A stretch of 64,000 nucleotides of DNA, from NCBI GenBank assembly GCA_944381215.1, contig CALWKF010000001.1, positions 65,201-129,200 on the forward strand, given 5' to 3'. The DNA comes from an uncultured Clostridia bacterium (GTDB lineage Bacteria; Bacillota; Clostridia; Christensenellales; UBA1242). The stretch's first letter is position 1; each line of letters opens with the position of its first letter. A program made the translations under genes and the position numbers. Below the pieces are notes generated by a model. That model was not told the origin of the DNA and ran no database searches. It saw nothing but the letters and a program-made list of their open reading frames with translations. Positions 29,206-41,100 of this stretch are shown in pieces.

Positions 29206-29424
29206 ATGGCTACCAAGTCATCTACGAATTCCAATGCTCGTACTCGTGCAACTGCCTCGAAGAATTGCGGTGGCAAGTGCGATAGAAATCGTGTAAACAA
29301 GTCTATCGAAAGTGGTACGGAAATGTGTTCAAGTAGCACCCGTGCTAATAGTTCTAGCACCCGAGCAAAAAGTAGCACAAAGTCATGTGGAAATCGTAAC
29401 ACTCGTAATTCTCGTACAAAATAA
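29206..29424 (+). CDS. small basic Ser/Thr/Arg/Asn-rich protein with 4 Cys
   Basis: GGAGGTGG RBS 5 nt upstream of the ATG and a strong terminator just downstream. 72 aa of low complexity (SSTRANSSSTRAKSSTKS). Confidence 0.5.
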   Translation: MATKSSTNSNARTRATASKNCGGKCDRNRVNKSIESGTEMCSSSTRANSSSTRAKSSTKSCGNRNTRNSRTK

Positions 29425-29440
29425 TCGAGAATTAATAAAA

Positions 29441-29470
29441 AAGACAAAGTTATTAGACTTTGTCTTTTTG
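29441..29470 (+). terminator. rho-independent terminator
   Basis: aagacaaagt / actttgtctt 10-bp stem with a 6-nt loop, then a T run. Confidence 0.8.
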
Positions 29471-29648
29471 AATTTTTAGTAAATAAATATAATAATTTGC
29501 TTTTGTATTCGCACTTTTTTAAAAAAATTTACTAAAAAGTAGGGAAGTATCGCGTTTAAAACGCGCTGAGAGCCGAGATTTTATTTTTTAATGACTTGGG
29601 TATCGTTAAAAATCAGGCGTTTTTAGTGATTTTGCGAATAGTTCTAGG

Positions 29649-31034
29649 TTATTTATCGTCAGTTGGGTGTTTATAGCCGAGATAAAAGTACGCAAATTGC
29701 GACTTGTTGTCTGTGTATGGCGGATATTTAATCATAAGTTCCATATTCGGGTTCTTTTTTAAGACGCACTTTGCGTGTGAAAATGTGGCGAACGAAAATT
29801 TCCCGTGATAGTTGCCCATACCACTCGCACCCACACCACCAAAAGGCAGATTGTGCTCGGTAAAGTGCATAATTACCTCGTTTATGCAGACTCCGCCAGA
29901 ACTTGTTAGGCTCACAACCTTGTTTATACTCTGCTTGTTTTTTGAAAAGTAGTATAGGGCTAGCGGTTTGTCGTGGGAGTTGATGTAAGCAATAACGTCA
30001 TCGAGGTTTTCATACTTAATAACTGGCATTATGGGGCCAAAAATTTCCTCTTGCATAACGGGGTCGGTGTACTCTACATCGCGCATAATTGTTGGCTCGA
30101 TTTGTCTGCCAGTTGCCTTGCCTCCAATCACGACTTTTTTCGGGTCAATTAGGCCTTTTAGCCTCTCGGTATGCTTGTCATTTACAATATACATAAAATT
30201 GTCGGTAAGTTTATCGTTAATGTAGTAAAATTTCTTCACCTGCTCCGTAGCCATTTCGAGAAATTTCTCATAGATTGAAGAATGTATCAGGATGTAGTCG
30301 GGCGCGATGCAAGTCTGTCCAGCGTTTAGAAACTTGCCCCAAACGACACGACGAACGGCAGTTTTTAGGTTCGCAGTCTCATCGATAATGCAGGGCGACT
30401 TGCCCCCAAGTTCCAAAATGACAGGGCAGAGGTGCTGTGAGGCCTTTTCCTCCACGACTTTGCCCACTTCCTTGCTACCAGTAAAGAAAATTAGGTCAAA
30501 ATGCTGGTCGAGCAATTCTTGGTTCTGCGCACGCCCACCCATAACGGTCGTGATGTACGCAGGGTCAAACTCGTCGAGTATGTTTTTAATCACTTGCGCA
30601 ACATTCGGCGTGTACGCGCTGGGCTTAACAACTGCCGTGTTCCCAGTTGCGATTGATGCAATTAAAGGATTAATTGTTAGCTGGAACGGGTAATTCCACG
30701 GCGACATAATCAACACCGTGCCGTACGGCTCGTAAATAATTTTGCCTCTTGCAGGGAAGTTAAGTAGGGTAGTACGTACGCTATGTGCACGCATGAAACG
30801 GCGCAAGTGCTTTCTTTGATAGCGCAATTCTTGCATCGCTAGGCTTATTTCAGTAGTTACTGCGTCAAATTCGCACTTGTTTAGGTCCGTCTTAAAGGCC
30901 TCGAGCAGTTCTGCAGTGTGCTTTATAATCGATTTTTCTAATATGATTAATTGTTGTTTACGAAATTCATAGGAAAGAGTCTTGCCAGTCAAAAATAACT
31001 CACGCTGTCTTTCCACTATCTCACTTATGTTCAT
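29649..31034 (-). CDS. NAD(P)-dependent aldehyde dehydrogenase (class 3-like)
   Basis: ELGGKSPCII and the catalytic FLNAGQTCIAPDY motifs. 461 aa. Confidence 0.9.
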   Translation of the reverse strand: MNISEIVERQRELFLTGKTLSYEFRKQQLIILEKSIIKHTAELLEAFKTDLNKCEFDAVTTEISLAMQELRYQRKHLRRFMRAHSVRTTLLNFPARGKIIYEPYGTVLIMSPWNYPFQLTINPLIASIATGNTAVVKPSAYTPNVAQVIKNILDEFDPAYITTVMGGRAQNQELLDQHFDLIFFTGSKEVGKVVEEKASQHLCPVILELGGKSPCIIDETANLKTAVRRVVWGKFLNAGQTCIAPDYILIHSSIYEKFLEMATEQVKKFYYINDKLTDNFMYIVNDKHTERLKGLIDPKKVVIGGKATGRQIEPTIMRDVEYTDPVMQEEIFGPIMPVIKYENLDDVIAYINSHDKPLALYYFSKNKQSINKVVSLTSSGGVCINEVIMHFTEHNLPFGGVGASGMGNYHGKFSFATFSHAKCVLKKNPNMELMIKYPPYTDNKSQFAYFYLGYKHPTDDK

Positions 31035-31185
31035 TGTTCACCTCAAAAGTTAGAAATTAGAGTTGCCTCTCGACTAGATTGTAACACATTAAGTCATATT
31101 TTGCAATAAATTTATCGTTTAGTACTTGAATATTTTGCCTTTTTGTGATATATATATTTATATATAATATATAGGAAGTGAGTTT

Positions 31186-31665
31186 ATGAGTATTCATGGT
31201 TACAAAAATTACATTCAAACTGACGGTATCAAGCAACCCAAGACTAGTCAGGAGCTAATGGAGGAAATCAAGGAGCACATCGAGAGCGAAAAGGAAACCC
31301 CAAAGACTAGGGAAGAGGTTTTGGAGGAAGCTAGACACGAGACCGAGAGTAAAAAGGTTAAATACACAGTAGTTAACGGAAAGGAGTACCCGATTCCAGG
31401 CCACGAGGTGAGCAGGAATATCCCCGTACCTCCATACAACGGCGAGGATATGCAGAAAGTTGCACCAAAGGAAAAATCGAAGGCATATTTCGAGGCACTC
31501 GAGCAACAGAAAAGGGCTGAGAAAAGTGGCAAGCATGTAACATATTTCGAAGACGGCGTAGTGTATGAGAATTCTTTGCAGTTTATGAACAGGGCTGTTC
31601 CAAAGGCCGTAAAGGACAGATACGCGATAAAAGATAAAAGTTCCGAGCAAGAGCGCAGTATGTAG
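31186..31665 (+). CDS. hypothetical acidic/charged protein
   Basis: 159-aa ORF with a purine-rich RBS and a terminator downstream. No motif recognised. Confidence 0.55.
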   Translation: MSIHGYKNYIQTDGIKQPKTSQELMEEIKEHIESEKETPKTREEVLEEARHETESKKVKYTVVNGKEYPIPGHEVSRNIPVPPYNGEDMQKVAPKEKSKAYFEALEQQKRAEKSGKHVTYFEDGVVYENSLQFMNRAVPKAVKDRYAIKDKSSEQERSM

Positions 31666-31672
31666 TTTATAT

Positions 31673-31710
31673 AGACGTGATAATTAAAAACTCACGTCTT
31701 TTCTTTTTAT
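31673..31710 (+). terminator. rho-independent terminator
   Basis: agacgtga / tcacgtct stem, then ttttctttttat. Confidence 0.65.
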
Positions 31711-31782
31711 AAATATTATGTTTTTATTTGACATAATTTAGCGTATTTAATAAAATAAAATATTATAAAGAGGTTAAAATAA

Positions 31783-32367
31783 ATGATAACAGAAAATAAA
31801 GAAAAATTTATCTCGCTTTTAAAAAACAATGTAACCCGCGATGGTGCCGACAAATTACTCGAGTGGCTCGAGACTACTGATTTCTTTACAGCACCCGCTA
31901 GCACGAAATTTCACTCCGCAGTCGAGGGCGGGCTATGTGCTCACAGTCTCAATGTATTCGAGCGATTTTTGACACTTGTAAAGAGTGAATATGGCGAAGA
32001 CTGGCAACAGCATATTTCGCTTGAAAGCGTTACGCTAATCGCACTGCTACACGATATTTGTAAGGTTAATACCTATAAAATCGACTATAAAAATGTCAAG
32101 GTTGACGGCGTGTGGACGCAGCAGCCCTATTTTATGGTGGATGACCAACTTCCGTACGGCCACGGCGAAAAATCGGTGTACATAATCAACGGCTTTTTGC
32201 GCCTAACTCGTGAGGAGGCAATGGCAATAAACTGGCACATGGGCGGGTTCGATATGCGCGTGCGTGGTGGTTCGTACTCGATTTCGGACGCGTATTATAA
32301 GTATCCAATTTGCGTGCTTTTCCATGTTGCAGACCTTATGGCAACTTATTTGGACGAGCAAAAATAA
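31783..32367 (+). CDS. HD-domain phosphohydrolase
   Basis: FHSAVEGGLCAHSLNV...LLHDICK has the H...HD metal-binding pattern. Confidence 0.8.
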   Translation: MITENKEKFISLLKNNVTRDGADKLLEWLETTDFFTAPASTKFHSAVEGGLCAHSLNVFERFLTLVKSEYGEDWQQHISLESVTLIALLHDICKVNTYKIDYKNVKVDGVWTQQPYFMVDDQLPYGHGEKSVYIINGFLRLTREEAMAINWHMGGFDMRVRGGSYSISDAYYKYPICVLFHVADLMATYLDEQK

Positions 32368-32565
32368 CAATATTATATATTTGATGTATTTTATAGAAAA
32401 GTTTAGGAAAAATAGAAACAAAAAGTGAAATATTTTCAAAATATGTCGTTTTTTGTTTGTAAAACTTTTATTCAATGTGGTAAAATTAATTAAAGCATTT
32501 ACAGAGTATCTGCAATTTTACGAATAAAAATTTTTTCAAGACTAAAATAAAACGGAGGACATTTT

Positions 32566-35500
32566 ATGAGTACATTCTTGAGGGGTGTAAACCTATCTAA
32601 AAAGTGGTTAAAGATTACATTATTTGCCCTTTTAGCGGTCGTTTGCGCCACTGCGATTACTCTCGCGGTAGTCCTCTCTGGTCGCGATAACTATGTCGTT
32701 ACACCAGAGACAGAGTCAAAGGTCGAGGTGCTAGATTCCAGTGCGATTGTGTCTAAAAATGGCTGGAATAACACCTTGCTAGCACAACTCACTCAAAATG
32801 TGACTTCGTATGGGGATAATGTTGCTCTTGGTAATGCGGGTGGCGACATTGTGTCCTCAGTTGTTGAGTTGGGCGGTATTTCGTGGACCGTCGTATACAT
32901 GCAAGATGGTATAGTTACACTGTATGCAAATGAGGCAGTGGCTACTATGCCTTTTGGCAATACTGAATATAAAAATAGTCTAGTTAGAGATTACCTAATC
33001 AACGAATTTTACCCTGAGTTTATCGAAAAAATCGGCTATACCGACATCGAAAAATACATAATTCCTTATGGGCAGAGCGATATCTACTACCAGGCTGACG
33101 GCGCGCAGGCTGTTGTTTTGAGCACCCTAAATGGTGGCGAGATTAGCGGTAACGACGGCGTGGCAAACGATATGGTTTGGCTACCAAGTGCCTACGAAGT
33201 GGGCGGTTTTGCTAATAACGATTCTTCACCAAAATCACGTGTAAATAGTTTTAAAGTTATCGAGGCTGACGGCTTTACTTTAAATAGTGGTCTATTTAAC
33301 ACTTCAAACACTATTAGGCTTATGACCGATACATCTTGGCTCCGTTCTAGCGTAAATGGTGCACAATCAGCACTCAAAGATGGTGTTGTAAAGCAAGTTA
33401 ATGACGGGGAGTACGCAGTGCGCCCTTGTATCAATATCGCTCTTCCAGGCCTTGCTGACATTGTCGAAGTAAGCGAAGATATCGACAGTTCAAATGATAC
33501 CATTCTCGCAACTGTTGCTCCTGACTACTCGGACATTTTCAAAGAGTATTCTGACAATCAAGGTGAAGGCACGCAAGCAAGCCCTTATGTATTCTCTGAT
33601 CGCCAATTCCTAATCTATCTATCTGACGCAGTTATGGCTGGTCAGGATACAACTGATATGTACTTTCAAATGGCCGGTGACATCGACATGACTGGTGTGA
33701 CTGTTTGGAGTCCAATTGGTAGGGAAGGGTTCCCATTTAAGGGTCATTTTGATGGTAACGGTTACACTGTTAGCAACCTCGCTTCGGCAGGCTCGGGCCT
33801 TGTAGGTCTATTTGGCTATGTTGAAAATGCTGTTATTACTCAAGTGGGTGTTACAAATTCCTCTTGGTACACAACAAACTCTAATGTCGGCGGTATCGCA
33901 GGCCACGTTACAAACTCGCTAATTTCCGAGTGCTACAGCGATTGTGGTGTCGGTGGATACAAATATGTTGGTGGTCTAGTAGGTAGAATTATTCGTAGTA
34001 CTTCAACCGACGACTCTAAGGGTATTATAAACTGCTACAACCTCAATGGTATCACTGGCCGTGATTATGTCGGCGGTATCGCAGGTGAGGTATCAGCATC
34101 ATTAGTTAAAAACTGCTATAACACTGGTGCTACACAGGCAATCTACTCAAACCCAAGTTGCGGTGGTATTGCAGGTGCTCTAAACAACTCACCTAGTACC
34201 AGTTCGCTACAAAACTGTGTCTTCTACAACTCAACTGACAACAACCTTAACGGCGACACACCAATTTCATCTTATGACACTCTGCGTAACAGGGATGCAA
34301 TCGCTACTACATACCCAAGCTGGTCATTTAGGAACACCACCGCTAATGGCGTATGGTTCATGTCTAACGTAGTAAACGATCGTCTGCCTATGCTTTACTG
34401 CTTTATGCACAATGTTTCCGTTAACCTAATTTCGAACATCCCCGAGTGCTCCGTTTCTGCTGGCAAAACTGATGCGCAGATTAACTCGACACTCGCTATC
34501 GTTGCCTACGCAACTTCTACTACTAACGAGCACTACATGTTCGAGGGCTGGTATCACTTCGATGTTGACGCAGCAGGGAACAAGATTGAGGGGTCCGAGC
34601 GTCCGTTTGTGCTAATGTCTGATGAAAACAACGGAATTACAAAAGGCGCACTTTCTAATAACGCATACCCCTTCACATACAATCTAGTGTTAGACGACTA
34701 CTACAACCTCGAAGCGCGCTTTGTAAAACTATACAACTTTGAAGTAAGTCCTATGTTTAATGGCTTCACATCAAACTATACTGGTGGCTCTACATTTAGT
34801 TATACCGCTCATAACAGTGAAATGACTGCTGTACAGCCTGCTTATAACACTGATTTAACCACATGGACTAGCGGTGCTAGATGGTACCCTGAGGGCACTG
34901 TAATTACAATCAATATTCAGCCCGATGCTCAGCGTCAGTACTATCAATTAAATGTTGGACACAGCAGTACTAATGTTAATAATCAAGTGGCTAATCTAGG
35001 TGAGGATAATCCTTTCTACAACTTATCTTCAGGAGAGAATGGCTGGACATATAATATCACTATTAGAGATACAGCGGAATGGAATGGCTTTGATGTGTTC
35101 TATTTCAGACCTATGTTTAACAGGGTATATGCTCTCACCACTTCAGTAACTACTCCGTCAGGATACACCGAGACTACACCTATTTCACAGGTAACGTTTA
35201 CTAATCTGTCCAATGGCTCGACTACTATTAGCAGTAGTGGTGGAACAGCAACTGACAACACTATCTACACATCGACATTGACACTTAATATATCCAACTT
35301 AAATGATGTAAGTGGCAAACTCGTGTTCAGTAGTTGGATTCTAGAGTTTGTCGACCCAAGTGCTGGGGCACAAAGCTCTCAAGACCTTGGATCAAGTGTT
35401 GGTGCTACAAATGGGCAATATGCATTAACTGGCATTCAATCTGCTGTAACAGACACAACAACAGGCATTAATATTAGGGCAAACTTTAATTACGACACAA

Positions 35501-37197
35501 AACAGGTGTCAATTAGGGAAATGTACAACAGTGCTGAAAATTCTAATGCAGGTTACGTATATCTTTCCACAGAAAAGAAGGAGTCAAGTTTTGTGCCTAC
35601 ACAGGACATAACACAACTTACAAATCTTGACTACAACTCGACTGTCTACATCTACATTTTGCCTAACTATGCTGGTGGTTTCCAATACTCTTCGAACACT
35701 ATTCCTGGGGCTAACCTTACATCAAATTCATCTACTGGCGTAACTTATGGTAGTTTTGTAGTAAACTTTGCCGAAAGCAGTGCTACATATGATGTAGTAT
35801 ACACCGAGGCTAGCAACTTTGCGCTCAACTTTAATGTAACGCTGAATGGTGCAACACCTCCAGAAGACACCTTCCAAGTGTCAAGTAACGCAACTGGCCT
35901 CACTCTAAACTCGCCACTTAGCAGTTACACTGTAACCGTTTTGGGTGAGAACGAGTACAGAAAGTACTACATGAGAACTGTTAGAGTCGCATTCATTCCT
36001 GACTCTCTCGATGCAAATGGGACTACAATTATTACCTATACACCTAGTGGAATTTACCAAGGAACACAGGGTGCTCAGTCGATATTTGCGGGCCTTGGAG
36101 CAAACGCAGTTGTTAACAACATTTACACGAAAGCAAATGTTACGCCGAGCAACAAGAACACAACAATTTATGTTTACATTAACTACATTACGATTACTCG
36201 TACAATTAATGTAACTGAGTATATTGACAATGTTCCCACAACTTCTCGTAGTATGTACTCAATCACTGCTACTGGCGTTACAAACGGAAAGGGTGGTAGT
36301 GATTACATCCTAGAGGACACTATCACTCTAACTGCTGGCGCGTCAGGGGCTGATCAAATCGGTTTTAGAGTTGACTCAATTACAATTACTCCAAATCTTG
36401 CTGCTGCAACTATTGATGGCTCTACTTGGGGAAATTCTGGTACCCTTAAATTTAAGTTAACCGAGGATGTATCAATTTCAATTTACTACACTCAACGTCC
36501 ATACAACATCACTATCGGCGACAACTTAAACAACACAAGTTATGGTAGCACAGTTACTGGATTGAAAGTTACTGTTAGCAACAACCACTTTAACTACACT
36601 TTAACTGGTGGTTCTTCAACGCAATACAGCGCACCATTTACGGGTTTATTCTCTAATAGCTTAACTATTAATGGTTATCAAACTCAAATTGATTTAACAA
36701 TTGATGATTTAAAGCGCAAGGCAGTGCTTAATCGTATCGTTGTGCTCGATTCGAACAATGCTTTACTAAAGGAATATGACCCAGCATCGCAATTTACCTA
36801 CACACTAAACGATGCAAACGACAATATAAAAATTGTATTCCAGTATCAACTGTTACAGGCATTAAATGTAACATTTAGTGATGAAGTAACTGGGGGAAGT
36901 AACGCAGCACTCGTAGTTCTCGAAAATGTACATGATTCTAGCGACCGCCTAGTACTAATCGTACCAGCAGGGCAAGACGGTGTTACAGTAGATTGTCAAG
37001 TTGCTGAATACCGCGTAACTATTACCGTTGCAATCTTTGTTCAAACCGCTGTAAATACTACTCCTGTTGGTTCAGGTAGTGTGCAGGACGGTAACTACCA
37101 GATTTCTATTGCAGATGGAAAGGCAACTTCGGTAGCAATTACAGTGCAAAACATTATTAACGGTGTGGACAGCGTGTTTGCATCAGGCTCGATGTAA
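32566..37197 (+). CDS. giant surface protein: N-terminal signal anchor, DUF6273-like head, GLUG-motif repeats, long Ser/Thr/Asn-rich beta-rich region
   Basis: TM LKITLFALLAVVCATAITLAVVL. MVWLPSAYEVGG...SWLRSS...YAVRPCINIAL (same head family as the two paralogues). Repeated VGGIAG / VGGLVG ...NCYN (GLUG-like). GGAGGA RBS. Confidence 0.85.
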   Translation: MSTFLRGVNLSKKWLKITLFALLAVVCATAITLAVVLSGRDNYVVTPETESKVEVLDSSAIVSKNGWNNTLLAQLTQNVTSYGDNVALGNAGGDIVSSVVELGGISWTVVYMQDGIVTLYANEAVATMPFGNTEYKNSLVRDYLINEFYPEFIEKIGYTDIEKYIIPYGQSDIYYQADGAQAVVLSTLNGGEISGNDGVANDMVWLPSAYEVGGFANNDSSPKSRVNSFKVIEADGFTLNSGLFNTSNTIRLMTDTSWLRSSVNGAQSALKDGVVKQVNDGEYAVRPCINIALPGLADIVEVSEDIDSSNDTILATVAPDYSDIFKEYSDNQGEGTQASPYVFSDRQFLIYLSDAVMAGQDTTDMYFQMAGDIDMTGVTVWSPIGREGFPFKGHFDGNGYTVSNLASAGSGLVGLFGYVENAVITQVGVTNSSWYTTNSNVGGIAGHVTNSLISECYSDCGVGGYKYVGGLVGRIIRSTSTDDSKGIINCYNLNGITGRDYVGGIAGEVSASLVKNCYNTGATQAIYSNPSCGGIAGALNNSPSTSSLQNCVFYNSTDNNLNGDTPISSYDTLRNRDAIATTYPSWSFRNTTANGVWFMSNVVNDRLPMLYCFMHNVSVNLISNIPECSVSAGKTDAQINSTLAIVAYATSTTNEHYMFEGWYHFDVDAAGNKIEGSERPFVLMSDENNGITKGALSNNAYPFTYNLVLDDYYNLEARFVKLYNFEVSPMFNGFTSNYTGGSTFSYTAHNSEMTAVQPAYNTDLTTWTSGARWYPEGTVITINIQPDAQRQYYQLNVGHSSTNVNNQVANLGEDNPFYNLSSGENGWTYNITIRDTAEWNGFDVFYFRPMFNRVYALTTSVTTPSGYTETTPISQVTFTNLSNGSTTISSSGGTATDNTIYTSTLTLNISNLNDVSGKLVFSSWILEFVDPSAGAQSSQDLGSSVGATNGQYALTGIQSAVTDTTTGINIRANFNYDTKQVSIREMYNSAENSNAGYVYLSTEKKESSFVPTQDITQLTNLDYNSTVYIYILPNYAGGFQYSSNTIPGANLTSNSSTGVTYGSFVVNFAESSATYDVVYTEASNFALNFNVTLNGATPPEDTFQVSSNATGLTLNSPLSSYTVTVLGENEYRKYYMRTVRVAFIPDSLDANGTTIITYTPSGIYQGTQGAQSIFAGLGANAVVNNIYTKANVTPSNKNTTIYVYINYITITRTINVTEYIDNVPTTSRSMYSITATGVTNGKGGSDYILEDTITLTAGASGADQIGFRVDSITITPNLAAATIDGSTWGNSGTLKFKLTEDVSISIYYTQRPYNITIGDNLNNTSYGSTVTGLKVTVSNNHFNYTLTGGSSTQYSAPFTGLFSNSLTINGYQTQIDLTIDDLKRKAVLNRIVVLDSNNALLKEYDPASQFTYTLNDANDNIKIVFQYQLLQALNVTFSDEVTGGSNAALVVLENVHDSSDRLVLIVPAGQDGVTVDCQVAEYRVTITVAIFVQTAVNTTPVGSGSVQDGNYQISIADGKATSVAITVQNIINGVDSVFASGSM

Positions 37198-37230
37198 TAC
37201 GGGTTTATAAATAAAAAAGGGAGAAAAATC

Positions 37231-38145
37231 GTGTTCAATAAATTATTTAGAAATGGACAACTGATTGATATGCACATTCATACGCAATATTCCGACGGAA
37301 TGTATTCCGTTCCTGAATTGTTGCGTTTTGCTGAAAATCGTGGGCTAGATGTTATGGCCTTTACCGATCATGACAACTTAGAGGCGAATTTTGAAGTGCG
37401 CGAGATGAAAAGTAATGGGGGTTTTTGTGGCCGAATTGTAAACGGCTGTGAGATTGCTGTTACTTATAATGGGCACAAGTACGAAGTGCTGGCATATGAC
37501 TTTGATTTGGACACGCTAGCAAAGTTCCCTGTACTCAATTACGATTATCAGTTTATGTTGGAGGAAAAGAGGCTAGAGACTCTAAAGGAAATCGGCGCAA
37601 GACTTGGGTTTAAGTTCACTGAGGGCTTGCAGTTTGACCCTGTTTATCGTACTGCGCACAAGACCTTTTTCCACGACCTAGCAAATTATCCAGAGAACCA
37701 AAGATTGTACTTGAAGTATGGTATTGAAAAAACTGATAACTTTTATCGTGATCATGTAGCAAAACCTGGGGCAATTTTCCACTGCTACGAATTAATTAAA
37801 GACACTCCTACAATTGAGGAGGTGTGCCAGCGCATTCATGAGGCAGGTGGATATGCAATCTTTGCGCATGCATTTAGGGTATATGGCGAGCCAAATCCTA
37901 AGAAGTTGATCAAAGACTTAACAGCACTTGATATTCTAGACGGATTTGAGTGTATTCACAAAAAGTTTAGTTTATCTGAGTGTCAGTGGCTCGAAAATTA
38001 CTGTAACGAACAACATCTAATCAAAACAGGTGGTTCCGATTTCCACGGGGATGGGTTCAAGATTGACGGCAAGCGTTTCGCGCCAGAATATCTTGGATAC
38101 GTACAAAATTCGGACTTGGAGATTAAGTTCCCTATAAAAAAATAA
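37231..38145 (+). CDS. PHP-domain phosphoesterase
   Basis: IDMHIHTQYSDG...AFTDHD...GGSDFHG is the PHP metal-binding pattern. GTG start behind GGGAG. Lies between two giant surface-protein genes. Confidence 0.8.
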   Translation: MFNKLFRNGQLIDMHIHTQYSDGMYSVPELLRFAENRGLDVMAFTDHDNLEANFEVREMKSNGGFCGRIVNGCEIAVTYNGHKYEVLAYDFDLDTLAKFPVLNYDYQFMLEEKRLETLKEIGARLGFKFTEGLQFDPVYRTAHKTFFHDLANYPENQRLYLKYGIEKTDNFYRDHVAKPGAIFHCYELIKDTPTIEEVCQRIHEAGGYAIFAHAFRVYGEPNPKKLIKDLTALDILDGFECIHKKFSLSECQWLENYCNEQHLIKTGGSDFHGDGFKIDGKRFAPEYLGYVQNSDLEIKFPIKK

Positions 38146-38185
38146 AAAGTTTTAGATTTGGGCAATCTAATTCTTGGAGGAAAAT

Positions 38186-41100
38186 ATGAATTCGAATAGA
38201 TTCTTTAAGTTGAGCAAATGGAAGATAATGCAAACCGTTCTCTTGTTGCTTTTAGGAGCGGTTGTTGCAATATCTTTCTTGGTGCCTAATTCCATTTCAA
38301 ATAGGAATTATGTAAGTGCAGATGAGGTCGATGCAGTGCCAGCGAGTTCGCTTGAAGGATTTGTTCCTACTGCGCTAGGTAGTGGTGAATACTTCGAGAC
38401 CGAGGTCGATTCTAGTGTCGAGCCAAATGCTACTTACTACCTAATTAGTGATGCGGATGACTTGCGCACGCTAGCTTACTTTGTAAACACTACATTTACA
38501 GAGGAGCAGACTAGCGAATTAGAGTTGCAGGAGAAATATTCGCGCGCATCTTACCGCATGACGAATCACATCGACCTGTCTAGGTGGACTCAATGGGAGC
38601 CTATTGGTACCATGGCGAATCCTTTCTCGGGGTCGTTTAGTGGACAGGGGTATTCGATTTATGGCTTAACCATTATCGATGATATCGAAGAGCCTACTAC
38701 AGATACTTATGCTGGTTTATTTGGTAATGTATCTTATCTAAAGGACGGCGACACTGAATATAAGCCCGTGATTCAGCGTCTAGGTCTAAAAGACACTATT
38801 ATCAAAACAAATCGCGAGTATGTCGGCTCAATTGTGGCAGTTGCCAATGGTGTAAACCCCATGATTTATGGTGCTGATGCCATTATCAACCCCACTTTTA
38901 GGACAAAAACTGAGGTTGAAAACATCAGTAGTGATGAAACAGTAAACAGGGCATATTCCGATGCTCAAGGGTCACTCGTTATCCAAGACTGTTACAATGT
39001 AGGTTATGTTGAGGGTGGCAACTATGTAGGTGGCCTTGCTGGTGCACTCTACTACGGTGCTGTAATCTACAACTGCTACAACGCACCCTCGACCACCAAC
39101 GCCTACAACACAAACTACGACGTATACTCTAGCAACGCAAACTCCAATATCGGTGGTATAGTTGGTGCTGGTGATTTTACCACAATGGCTATCGTATATA
39201 ACTGTATTAGTACGGTGAGTGTATCAAAACAAGATGCCACCAACAGTTCAACCAACATCGGTTATATCATTGGTAGCAAGTCAAATCTTGCAGGTAGCAC
39301 CCAGTACACATATAACGTTTATTATAATAGGAATTTTACATATTCAGGTGATTTCGGTACTGGTTTAAGTCTAGCACGTTTATCTTCGACATCTTACTTA
39401 ACAAATAGAGGCTTCTCAATTACAGGTTATAACCCTGGCACTTGGGCTAGCAATACATCAACTATTTGGGCTCAACAATCGGATGTAAACAATGGTGTGC
39501 CAGTGCTCTACAATGTCCCGCAATTAGTTAAATACGACTTTGTGGCACAGGATGTTGACGGGAATGAATTAATAGCTAGCGAAGCAATATCTGAGGCCGT
39601 AGACACTGCGGACTTAGAGGCATACGATGGCGCATTGCTATTTGAGCAGGGGACTTCGTTCTTAACTAGAGGTACTTCGGTAATGGAATATAAGTACGAG
39701 TTCAGCAAGTGGAGTGAGTATTATACTGCAAACTCTATAGAGCCTGCCGAGTATGAGGACTATATTGCAAATTCAGATATTTCAAGCGTCCAATTCTTCA
39801 CAAATCACGATGCTACAATCATTGCCGTGTTCGGCTTCAAGACTTATACACTTACGCTAACAGCAGACCCTTCAGATAAGATTGATGGCGAAAATACAAT
39901 TATATCGATAAGAGATGGCATTTCTAATACTTACAATAATGTCCAGAACGGTCTCACTGTTGAGTATAATGACGAGATAACAATCCAAGGTGTTGCTACT
40001 ACTGGTTATGAGATTAGTGCTTGGACAACTATGTATCAAGATGCAATTTCTGGTACAGGTGCGGACATTACATTAAGCGTTCAGGCTTATGTAGACGCAT
40101 ATATGAGTGCTTCACAAGCTGAAATTCCCGTAAGCCTTAATATAATCGCACATATTCAGCCAAAATCGTATGACTTTTCAATAAATGAAATCGACTCTAG
40201 CATTGGTACAATTACCGCTACAGTGAATGGTGGGGATAGCCTAGGCACTAGCGACAGCGTAGAGTTTGGCTCTCAAATCGCGCTTCAAGCAACAGTTACA
40301 GACCCTAATTATGAGTTTATTTCATGGGTGATTTCGTTTGGGAATGGAACGACTCAACAAATTGAATTACTAAACTATTCTTTCACGGTTCAAGATCAAG
40401 GTAGTATCAGCATTACCGCAAACTTCGATAAAAAGAAGTTTTACGTAACCATTTCATCGGTCGCAGGCGGTAGTGCCTCGGTAATCAGCGCAACTGAGTC
40501 ATCAACTAGTGGCAATAGCTTCTATTACGATGAGACAATAGAAATTCAAGCTACAGCAAGCACTGGTTACGAATTAACTGGAATTAATGTCTACAAGGGC
40601 GAGGAACTCATAGATCTTGACTCCGAGGGAATGGTATTTGACCTTGAGTCAGGAGTACTTACAATTAATACCTTAAATGCAGACATCCGCGTAGTTCCCG
40701 TGTTTAGCATTATGAGCTTTGACCTAACAGTTGTAGTTACCCCAGCGGACGGCGCAACAGTTACTTATAACGGCGAAAGCATCGTGGGTACGAACGAGTT
40801 TGTTTATAATACAGACGTTCCAATCAACGTGTTTGTGACAGAGGGGTACGAGTTAGTTAGCATAACCTCCGATGACGGAGCTGTTTATTCAAATGGTAAC
40901 TTCGTAAAAGTTTTGAAAGATACCACAATCACTATCACTTTGCAAAAGCAAACGTTTGTCGTAAATGTTACAATAAACTATGATTCAAGCTCTGCTTATT
41001 CAATCGATGCAAGTTGCATTAATGGAGTAGGTCAGTACACCTATGGCGATGTAGTTGAAATCAGCTTTGACACCCCCGTTATGTTTAGGTTCTCTAGGTG

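Noticed and set aside
29142-29447. Minus-strand 101-aa ORF overlapping the small basic protein gene
   Set aside because: It has no RBS, and the plus-strand terminator would lie inside its 5' end. The plus-strand ORF has a GGAGGTGG RBS and a terminator.
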